Positions 7,766-14,289 of a stretch of DNA of 34,287 bases are shown here, piece after piece. The notes under the pieces were generated by a model. That model did not search any database and was not told the DNA's origin. It saw only the letters and a program-made list of their open reading frames with translations. The DNA lies in the NCBI GenBank assembly GCA_038222365.1, contig JBBRHQ010000001.1, positions 1 through 34,287 on the forward strand, written 5' to 3'. This DNA is from Solirubrobacterales bacterium. Its GTDB lineage: Bacteria; Actinomycetota; Thermoleophilia; Solirubrobacterales; 70-9. The position numbers and the translations under genes are program-made. Numbering within the stretch: the stretch's first letter is position 1; each line of letters starts with the position of its first letter.

Positions 7766-8182
7766 ATGTCGCAGGAGAACGTGGAAATCGTGCGACGGCT
7801 CTACGCGGAGTGGGAGGACGAGGCATTCAAGGGCCTCGATGACGAGGCATACGACCTTCTCGATCTCGATCCTGAGATTGAATGGGACGCGTCCAGACGG
7901 ACCTTCGATCCAGGCGTGTACCACGGCTATGACGGCATCAGGGCGATGTCGGCTGGACTGCGCGAGGTCTGGGAGTCCGGGCGTATCGAGCCGCTGGAGT
8001 TCATTCAGGCAGGGGAAAAAGTCGTCGTCCCAGTCCGGCTCGTGATGGTCAGCAGGACAGATCGCCAAGCGGTCACCGCCAACGCCGCACACATATGGAC
8101 GTTGCGAGACGGAAGGGTTATTCGGCATTGCGGGTTCCAAACCAAAGCCGAGGCCCTCGAAGCCGCAGGGCTGTCGGAGTAG
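7766..8182 (+). CDS. NTF2/SnoaL-like protein, array cassette 1
   Basis: 138 aa. N-terminus MSQENVEIVRRLY, C-terminus KAEALEAAGLSE. Size and helix-then-beta pattern are typical of SnoaL_2/DUF4440-type NTF2 folds. Confidence 0.8.
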   Translation: MSQENVEIVRRLYAEWEDEAFKGLDDEAYDLLDLDPEIEWDASRRTFDPGVYHGYDGIRAMSAGLREVWESGRIEPLEFIQAGEKVVVPVRLVMVSRTDRQAVTANAAHIWTLRDGRVIRHCGFQTKAEALEAAGLSE

Positions 8183-8185
8183 GCG

Positions 8186-8629
8186 ATGTCGAAGGAGAAC
8201 ATCGAGCAGGAGAACGTGAGGGTTGTGCTGGAGGGGTTCGCCCGCTACAACGCCGATGAGGGAGGCCTGGAGTGGCGGCTGCGGGCGCTGCCCAAGGTGA
8301 TGGCGACGTATTGGCAGCCCGACGGGGAGTACCACACCGATTCGAGGGACCCCGATTCGACGATCCATCGCGGGATCGATGCCATCACGCGGCACTTCGC
8401 CACCTGGTTCGAGGCATACCCCGATCTCAAGGTCGAGCCGGTGGAGGCGAAGGCAAGCGCTGACAAGGTATTCGTCTGGCTGCGCTTCAGCGGTCATGGA
8501 GCGGGAAGCAACGTCCCGATTGAGATGGAACTGGCGCACGTCATCACCCTGCGGGACCGCAAGTGGGCGCGAACAGTTGAGTACGCGGACAAGGCCCAAG
8601 CCCTCGAAGCCGCCGGGCTGTCGGAGTAG
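8186..8629 (+). CDS. NTF2/SnoaL-like protein, array cassette 2
   Basis: 147 aa. MSKENIEQENVRVVLEGF carries a duplicated N-terminal motif. C-terminus KAQALEAAGLSE. It starts 3 nt after the cassette 1 stop. Confidence 0.8.
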   Translation: MSKENIEQENVRVVLEGFARYNADEGGLEWRLRALPKVMATYWQPDGEYHTDSRDPDSTIHRGIDAITRHFATWFEAYPDLKVEPVEAKASADKVFVWLRFSGHGAGSNVPIEMELAHVITLRDRKWARTVEYADKAQALEAAGLSE

Positions 8630-8632
8630 GCG

Positions 8633-9034
8633 ATGTCGCAGGAGAACGTGGAGATCGTGCGGCGCATGAACGAGGCCTTCAACCGCGGCGATATGGATGC
8701 CGTGGCCGAGTTGCTCGACCTGCAAATCGTCTACTTCGAGCACGGCTCGAATGTCGATACGCCCTCCGTTCTCCATGGCCGATCTGCCCTGTTGGAAGCA
8801 CTGGGCCAGTTCATGGAGGCCTTTGATGACCTCGTGGGGGATATCGAGGAGCTTGTGGATGCTGGTGACAGGGTTGTTACGACGACCCACTGGCGGGGTA
8901 CCGGCGCAGGCAGCGGCGCAGCGGCTGACCTGCGGGAGGTGATCTCCTGGAAGGTCGAGAACGGAGTCGCCGTAGAGGGTCGCGTGTTCGCGGATCGCCA
9001 GGAGGCCCTCGAAGCCGCCGGGCTTTTGGAGTAG
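8633..9034 (+). CDS. NTF2/SnoaL-like protein, array cassette 3
   Basis: 133 aa. MSQENVEIVRRMNEAFNRGDMDAVAELLD is the canonical SnoaL-like N-terminal helix. C-terminus RQEALEAAGLLE. Confidence 0.85.
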   Translation: MSQENVEIVRRMNEAFNRGDMDAVAELLDLQIVYFEHGSNVDTPSVLHGRSALLEALGQFMEAFDDLVGDIEELVDAGDRVVTTTHWRGTGAGSGAAADLREVISWKVENGVAVEGRVFADRQEALEAAGLLE

Positions 9035-9037
9035 GCG

Positions 9038-9430
9038 ATGTCGCAGGAGAACATTGACTTGCTTCGTCCTGGCTATGAACAGTTCGCAAGGGGCGACTTC
9101 AGCGCGTTCTCGGAGTTGCCCGATGACTTCGAGCTTGTTCTCGCCCCTGAGATGCCCGATGCGGGTAGCTATCTCGGTGAGGCAGCCCGACGCTGGCTGA
9201 TGTCGTGGGTGGAGTCTTTTGATCGGCTCACGATGGAGGCGATCGAGTTCATCGACGCTGGTGACCAGGTGCTCATCGAGATGATTCAGCGAGGCTGGCT
9301 TGCGGGGAGTGATGAAGTCGTCGAGACGCGTACCTGGGCGGTAAATACCTTCCGTGAGGGTGCCGTTCTGCGAATCGAGTTGTTTCAAGCCCGGGGAAAA
9401 GCCCTCGAAGCCGCCGGGCTTGAGGAGTAG
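9038..9430 (+). CDS. NTF2/SnoaL-like protein, array cassette 4
   Basis: 130 aa. MSQENIDLLRPGYEQFARGDFSAF ... RGKALEAAGLEE. Confidence 0.8.
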   Translation: MSQENIDLLRPGYEQFARGDFSAFSELPDDFELVLAPEMPDAGSYLGEAARRWLMSWVESFDRLTMEAIEFIDAGDQVLIEMIQRGWLAGSDEVVETRTWAVNTFREGAVLRIELFQARGKALEAAGLEE

Positions 9431-9433
9431 ACG

Positions 9434-9832
9434 ATGTCACGGGAGGACGCCGACAGAATCCGGCGGGCCTATGAGGTTTGGAATGAGTCGGGTCCAGCAG
9501 CGGTGACGGTTCGGTTCTGGGCTGAGGATGCCGTCTATCGCGAGGGGCCGGGCTGGCCCAATGCCGGTGTCTACGAAGGGCGTGCAGCCGCCCTTGAACG
9601 CATGCAAAGTCTGATCGAGCTGATGGGGTCGATCGAGGTGTGCCTCGATGAGTTGATCGATGTCGGAGATGGCCGCTTGGTTGCCTGCACGAGCATGGTC
9701 GGGGAGGGTGCGAACGCGCCCTACACTCAGTCCTTCGCCGTCGTGCATCGCATGCGGGACGGCCTCATCGTCGAGGCCGACTACTACCTCGACCGCGCCC
9801 AGGCCCTCGAAGCTGTCGGGCTTGAGGAATAG
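9434..9832 (+). CDS. NTF2/SnoaL-like protein, array cassette 5
   Basis: 132 aa. MSREDADRIRRAYEVWNESG ... RAQALEAVGLEE. Confidence 0.8.
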   Translation: MSREDADRIRRAYEVWNESGPAAVTVRFWAEDAVYREGPGWPNAGVYEGRAAALERMQSLIELMGSIEVCLDELIDVGDGRLVACTSMVGEGANAPYTQSFAVVHRMRDGLIVEADYYLDRAQALEAVGLEE

Positions 9833-9835
9833 GCG

Positions 9836-10240
9836 ATGTCGCAGGAGAACGTGAAGGTGGTGCGGCGGTTCTGCGAACGGGACGACCAGACCAGCCTGGA
9901 TTCGCTGATGGCGATCCTGCACCCGGATATCGAATGGGTCCCGGTGGAATCAGACCCGGAGTACTCCGTACACCGCGGACACGACGACGTTCGCGCCTGG
10001 TTGACGTCTTGGGCCGAGTCGTTTCCGGACCTGCGTTGGGAACTCGATCGCATCCTCGATGCGGGGAGCGATCTCGTGGTCACGTTCGTACGTATGGCGG
10101 GCCGCTCTGACGCGACTGGTATCGACCTGGAAACCCCGTCCTACGCGGTGGTATTCACGCTCCGGGGCGAGAAGATCGCGCGGATCCATGAATACGTCGA
10201 CAGCCAGGAGGCTCTCCAAGCCGCAGGGCTGTCGGAGTAG
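9836..10240 (+). CDS. NTF2/SnoaL-like protein, array cassette 6
   Basis: 134 aa. MSQENVKVVRRF ... SQEALQAAGLSE. Confidence 0.8.
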   Translation: MSQENVKVVRRFCERDDQTSLDSLMAILHPDIEWVPVESDPEYSVHRGHDDVRAWLTSWAESFPDLRWELDRILDAGSDLVVTFVRMAGRSDATGIDLETPSYAVVFTLRGEKIARIHEYVDSQEALQAAGLSE

Positions 10241-10243
10241 GCG

Positions 10244-10375
10244 ATGTCGCAGGAGAACGTGGAGACAATCCGGCGGGACTACTCGGCGAGCCCATCCCGT
10301 GGTAGCAACCGAGGTAACTCAATGAGCAAATCTCAGCCGAACTCAGAGCACCTCAGCGAAGGTCACCGTACCTGA
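10244..10375 (+). pseudogene. Vestigial seventh NTF2 cassette (only the conserved 5' end is retained)
   Basis: ATGTCGCAGGAGAACGTGGAGACAATCCGGCGG (MSQENVETIRR) follows the standard TAG-GCG junction. The sequence then diverges and stops after 43 codons, just before tRNA-His fragment B. Confidence 0.7.
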
Positions 10376-10404
10376 GCGACGGCTACTGATCCCAATCTCT
10401 GAGG

Positions 10405-10449
10405 TTGTGGTCCAGGCGGTCGCGGGTTCGAGTCCCGTCGCTCACCTTC
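10405..10449 (+). repeat. tRNA-His(GTG) 3' fragment, copy B; att-like site
   Basis: The 42-mer is identical to copy A and is followed by TT. The upstream sequence has no D arm or anticodon-stem 5' strand. Confidence 0.85.
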
Positions 10450-10568
10450 AGTGATTCCCTCTACAACGGGGAATCTCCCCCACCTGCGTTCTCGACGCGA
10501 CCTCGGGCTGCTACCAATTTGGTCCCAATCCGTAGCTGCCAGGTAGCCAGGAGGCCGATGGCGAGATG
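10450..10568 (+). repeat. Conserved ~120-nt module following the tRNA-His fragment, copy 2
   Basis: Homologous to 7497-7614 with the same hairpin, TTGGTCCCAAT motif and AGGAGGCCGATGGCGAGATG. Small indels shift every reading frame, which argues for a non-coding function. Confidence 0.8.
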
Positions 10569-10849
10569 TGGCACAGGGCCGGGATCGGCGAACGAGAGGA
10601 ACGCAACTGATGACTGAGAAGGAGCTTCCAGATAGCGTCAGGGCCGAGGTCCAGAGAATCCTGGACCGAGAAGCTCGACGGCTCCTGGACGAGCAGCTCG
10701 CGGAGCAGAACAGGGCGAGCGAAAGGCCCTGCAACCACCGGTGAATAGCCGCACACGCCAGCGGCCCGTTACCTAAGATTCAGGCACACAGACCGGGGCC
10801 TGCGACCGCGTGAACGGCCCAGGCCCCATGACCATCAGGAGGTACCCCG

Positions 10850-11056
10850 ATGGCACGCAGGAGCGTAACCCCCAGCTCGCCGCTGGCCCCGCCAGCACCC
10901 AGGGAGCCGGTCGAGCTGGAGTTCGTCCAGGAGCCCTACCGGAGCCGCATTCGGCGCGAAGCTAAGCGGCAGGGAGGCGTCGAGAGCATCGCTGTCGGAG
11001 GCGAGGCGATCCTCGTCAGGTACAGCAGCGGCGCTTCTGCCGTGTACGGCGGGTGA
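10850..11056 (+). CDS. Hypothetical protein (68 aa)
   Basis: A good SD (AGGAGG) lies 7 nt upstream of the ATG. No family recognised. Confidence 0.4.
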   Translation: MARRSVTPSSPLAPPAPREPVELEFVQEPYRSRIRREAKRQGGVESIAVGGEAILVRYSSGASAVYGG

Positions 11057-11113
11057 TCCAGTTGAACCGACGCTCTGAGAGCCGTTCTGAGGCTTCCGAA
11101 ATATTTCCCCGGA

Positions 11114-11550
11114 GTGATATCCCTTCCGGATAGCGGGGTCCCGCTGGTCACCACGAACTGGCGCACGGCGAACCAGCTCCACGAGACCGGGTCGCGGTCC
11201 TTCGTACCGGTGCGAATCAGCCTGGGTCGGCTCCGCGATTTGGGCTGGACGGAGGCGGTCCATGCATCCGGGAGCTCGTCCCGAGCCGGCGCATCTTCCG
11301 GGCCCCGCCAGGGGAGTTCGACTCGCGCTATCTGGAGCAGCTCGAGAAACACGGCGTTGAGAAGATCGGCGAGCGGATCATCGAGGTCCACGCCGAGTAT
11401 CGGCTCCCGCTCGCGCTGCTCTGCTTCGAGGACGTTCACGCGGGCCAGGACTGCCACCGTCGCCTGTTCGCCAAGTGGTGGGAGATGAACACCGGCCAGA
11501 CGGTCCCGGAACTGGGGCCGTACGTCCTGCGCGGGGGCCCTATTCAGTAG
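11114..11550 (+). pseudogene. DUF488-like gene interrupted by a frameshift near 11250-11265
   Basis: The N-terminal part reads in one frame (PLVTTNWRTANQLHETGSRSFVPVRISLGR). The C-terminal part reads in another (IRELVPSRRIFRAPPGEFDSRYLEQLEKHGVEKIGERIIEVHAEYRLPLALLCFEDVHAGQDCHRRLFAKWWE...) and ends at TAG 11548-11550. LLCFE...CHR is the DUF488 signature. Confidence 0.55.
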
Positions 11551-11626
11551 GTTCCGACGATGACGAGAGGGACGGTGCGTATGCCGGCGGTGCCAGCCCT
11601 GGAGCTCAGAAGGAGCTAAAGCCTCA

Positions 11627-12307
11627 ATGGGCCACATCTTCCTCTTCTCGCTGGTCGCCGCAGCGAACGCCACCCTGCTCGCCGCTGTGACGGCGATGCT
11701 CTTCCTGCCGAACCCGAAGCGCCTCCTGCTCGGCTACCTACTGGGCGGCCTGCTCGTCAGCCTCACCATCGGCTTCGTGATCGTCTTCGTGGTGCACCAG
11801 TCGGGCGCGACCAGTACGACGCAGAACAGCATCAGCCCAGCGATGGACATCGCGCTCGGGCTGATCTTGTTGGTGGTCGCCTACGTGCCCCGGAGTGAGC
11901 GCATGGAGCACAGGCGGGAGCGGAAGAGGAAGGAGAAGGAAGGGGTTGAGAAAGGCCCGTCCAGGGTCGAGCGGATCCTGGGCAGAGGCTCCGCCGGCGT
12001 CACGTTTGTGGTCGGCGTGGTTCTCACCCTCCCCGGCGTCTCCTACCTCGCCGCACTCCACGAGCTCGACAATCTGAACTACGGGACAGTCCCGACCATC
12101 CTGGTCATCCTCGGCTTTAACGCGATACTTCTGCTGCTGCTTGAGATCCCGTTGATCGGATATGTGTTAGCCCCGGAGCGGACCGTGGTGGAGGCCCAGC
12201 GCTTCAGGGCCTGGCTTAGCCGGAATGGCCTCAGGGCAGGGATTTACGTCGCAGCGGGACTGGGGGTGCTGCTGATCGTCCGGGGCGTGATCGAGTTCCT
12301 CACATAG
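11627..12307 (+). CDS. Integral membrane protein, GAP/Sap (DUF2910)-like
   Basis: 226 aa with several hydrophobic helices. The N-terminus FSLVAAANATLLAAVTAMLFLPNPKRLLLGYLLGGLLVSL and a central basic loop (RRERKRKEKEG) resemble the actinobacterial GAP family. The family call is tentative. Confidence 0.55.
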   Translation: MGHIFLFSLVAAANATLLAAVTAMLFLPNPKRLLLGYLLGGLLVSLTIGFVIVFVVHQSGATSTTQNSISPAMDIALGLILLVVAYVPRSERMEHRRERKRKEKEGVEKGPSRVERILGRGSAGVTFVVGVVLTLPGVSYLAALHELDNLNYGTVPTILVILGFNAILLLLLEIPLIGYVLAPERTVVEAQRFRAWLSRNGLRAGIYVAAGLGVLLIVRGVIEFLT

Positions 12308-12635
12308 ACGCCACCCCCACGTGAGTCGGATAGGGTCGGCTTGACCCAACCGAAGGAGGGCATCGCCGTCTAACCCGCCTGGCACCGCTAACGGCCGGAC
12401 TGCCGGAGTAGGCCGCGCGTTCTGGTCAGGCGGCAGGTTCTGCGGCGCGGCGAGGCCAAGCCGGGACCTAACAAGCGGCGGCGAGAGGTCGCCGCCTGAG
12501 GCGACGCAAGCAGGAAGTCCTTCCGATCCCGCTACGACACTTGAGCAGCAGCTAGTAACTCGGCTTGCGGAGAACGCTCCCCGTAAGCCATGCCACCGAG
12601 GGCCGGAGCAAGAGCCTCGCCGCGACCCGAGCCTC

Positions 12636-12884
12636 GTGGACCACAATCACCAGCCGACCCGGGACGTGGAGAACAACCCGGTCGTGCTCGACGCCAAGAT
12701 CGAGAAGCTCGCTGACCTGGGCGAGCTGCATGCGAAGGTCCAGCACCTGATCCGCCTCGAAAAATCGGTGGAGGCGAAGATCCGCGACTACATCGAGGCC
12801 CACGGCCCCGAGCTGCTCCAGGAGTTCAATGAGCTGGTCGAGCGGGCGTTCAGCTCCCTGCCCTCAGCGGCAGAGCATCGTTAG
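12636..12884 (+). CDS. Hypothetical small coiled-coil protein (82 aa)
   Basis: GTG start and a charged helical sequence. It ends 9 nt before the tandem TTGGTC(A/C)CAAT motif. No family recognised. Confidence 0.35.
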   Translation: MDHNHQPTRDVENNPVVLDAKIEKLADLGELHAKVQHLIRLEKSVEAKIRDYIEAHGPELLQEFNELVERAFSSLPSAAEHR

Positions 12885-12998
12885 CGGGGTGCTTGGTCAC
12901 AATTTGGTCCCAATCCGTAGCGCACACCCCTCAACGGCACCCCCCAAAGGACGCCTGGATCGAACTCAACGCAACAAGACGGCACCCACCCCGTCTAA

Positions 12999-13044
12999 TT
13001 GTGGTCCAGGCGGTCGCGGGTTCGAGTCCCGTCGCTCACCTTCA
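12999..13044 (+). repeat. tRNA-His(GTG) 3' fragment, copy C; att-like site and probable outer boundary of the accreted islands
   Basis: The 42-mer is identical to copies A and B and is followed by TTCA. The A/B downstream module is absent here, and the flank differs and leads into backbone-like genes. Confidence 0.85.
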
Positions 13045-13145
13045 CGGATTCCCATCCTAGGGACCACCAGCAACGGCTCTGATTCCGGGCACATGCCGCC
13101 CTCCGGATAGTTCGGCGGCTTGACGGTTTGGGGTGCATGATGGAC

Positions 13146-13724
13146 TCAGGCATGCAGGGTGGGCCGGTAGACGAACTCTTGGATGTGGCTGTCGAGCGTC
13201 CGGCTCTCGATCAGCTCGAGGTCGAAGTCGGCCGCACCCTGGAAGACCGGGTCCAGCCCGGTCTGAGCGGTGATCACAGGGAAGAGCGTCACCTGTACGC
13301 GGTCGACCAGACCGGCGGCCATCAGCGCCCGGTTCATCGAAAGGCTGCCGTGCGAGCGCAACGGCACCGCGGACTGATCCTTGAGCCGAGCGATGACGTC
13401 GACGGCATCGCCGCTCACGACGGTCGCGTCCGGCCAGTCGAGGGGCCCTTCCAGTGTGGTCGACACCACCGTTGCCGGCAGGCTAACCATCCGGATGACC
13501 CATGGGTCACGCACGTCGGACTCCTCGGGGCTCGAGGCCAGCATCCGCGCGAACGCGCGATACGTGTTGGCCCCGAAGACCATCCGCTGCTCCTCGCCGT
13601 ACAAGGCGAGACGGTGGTCGAGCAACTCCGGGCCTTGCTTGCCCCAGTAGCCGGTCCAGTTGCCGCTGGCGGCGCCGAAGCCGTCGAGGCTGGAAAAGAC
13701 GTCGAAGGTGTACGTGGCGGCCAT
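13146..13724 (-). CDS. Dihydrofolate reductase family protein (RibD C-terminal domain-like)
   Basis: MAATYTFDVFSSLDGFGA...MVFGANTYRAF...LRSHGSLSMNRALMAAGLVDRVQVTLFPVI matches the RibD_C/YwjB-like family pattern. AAGGAG lies 7-8 nt upstream of ATG 13724, so the longer ORF-track start at 13811 is unlikely. Confidence 0.8.
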   Translation of the reverse strand: MAATYTFDVFSSLDGFGAASGNWTGYWGKQGPELLDHRLALYGEEQRMVFGANTYRAFARMLASSPEESDVRDPWVIRMVSLPATVVSTTLEGPLDWPDATVVSGDAVDVIARLKDQSAVPLRSHGSLSMNRALMAAGLVDRVQVTLFPVITAQTGLDPVFQGAADFDLELIESRTLDSHIQEFVYRPTLHA

Positions 13725-13848
13725 GATGCTCTCCTTGAGTGCGGGTGATCGTGCAGGTACTCGAACAACCAGTGTCAATGTTGAGTTTCTGAGATCGATC
13801 GGGCCTGTCATCCGGCATGTGCAGAAACAAACCGATGCGACATCGCTA

Positions 13849-14241
13849 CTACTCCTGTAGTCCGGCGGCTTCGAGGGCCTCGGCTCGGCCGACGATCGTC
13901 CTCAACTCGATCAGCCTCTCGCCTGCAAATGTGAACAGCCAAGCCAGCGGTTGGTCGAACTCCACTCCGCTGGTGCGGCCACGGGCGTGCACCGCCCCGA
14001 AGGCGAGGAGCCGACCCTCGGACGCATCCCTGAACTGATCGACCGAGATGCTCCAATCCTCGAACTGATCATCGATCTCGGCCATCCACCGCCGCAACCC
14101 GTCGTAGCCGCGATACTCCGCATTGGTCATCGCCGAATGGACCACGAAGTCGGGATGGGCGATCTCCGCATCAATCTCCCTCTCGCCCGCATTCCAGCGC
14201 TCAAAGGTGCGGCGCATCAGATCTTCGGTCTCCTGCGACAT
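13849..14241 (-). CDS. NTF2/SnoaL-like protein, lone paralog of the array family
   Basis: MSQETEDLMRRTFERWNAG ... RAEALEAAGLQE. It begins ATGTCGCAGGAGAC like the array cassettes and ends TAG TAG. Confidence 0.8.
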   Translation of the reverse strand: MSQETEDLMRRTFERWNAGEREIDAEIAHPDFVVHSAMTNAEYRGYDGLRRWMAEIDDQFEDWSISVDQFRDASEGRLLAFGAVHARGRTSGVEFDQPLAWLFTFAGERLIELRTIVGRAEALEAAGLQE

Positions 14242-14289
14242 CACCTGCGCATTATCGCTCGCGACGGGGCCGGGTCGAAGCGGGGTCCG

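Larger units (their letters stand above)
7497..10449 (+). mobile_element. Integrase-less island 1 (CIME-like remnant) bounded by tRNA-His fragments A and B; its cargo is the NTF2 cassette array
   Basis: It is flanked by identical 45-nt direct repeats. There is no recombinase inside. Its left arm is homologous to the left arm of the next island. Confidence 0.5.
10450..13044 (+). mobile_element. Integrase-less island 2 (CIME-like remnant) bounded by tRNA-His fragments B and C
   Basis: Direct repeats sit at both ends and there is no recombinase. The contents are heterogeneous and partly decayed: small ORFs, a frameshifted DUF488-like gene and a membrane protein. Confidence 0.45.

Noticed and set aside
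7724-9388. 554-aa ORF on the minus strand spanning four NTF2 cassettes, with a repeated HRLLRQPGGFEGLG motif
   Set aside because: It is the antisense of well-supported plus-strand genes. The repeated motif is just the reverse complement of the conserved junction. The composition (Arg/Pro/Gly/His-rich) is typical of stop-free antisense frames in high-GC DNA.
7766-10375. Regularly spaced repeats considered as a CRISPR array or integron attC cassette array
   Set aside because: The period is ~400 nt, not 60-75 nt, and both the repeats and the spacers are coding. The junction has no convincing imperfect inverted repeat of attC type. There are no cas or intI genes.
10372-10446. Possible 75-nt tRNA at copy B, since CTGAGCG could pair with CGCTCA
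   Set aside because: The interior (ACGGCTACTGATCCCAATCTCTGAGG) cannot form a D arm or an anticodon-stem 5' strand. Position 1:72 would be a C:C mismatch.
10936-11673. 245-aa minus-strand ORF covering the DUF488-like region
   Set aside because: It has no recognisable family. The plus strand carries DUF488 signature motifs (LLCFE...CHR) in two frames, which better explains the region as a frameshifted gene.
13128-13830. Plus-strand ORF 13128-13748 and the other ORFs overlapping the DHFR-family gene
   Set aside because: The minus-strand frame has a clear RibD_C-like sequence and a good SD. The others are antisense or alternative frames.
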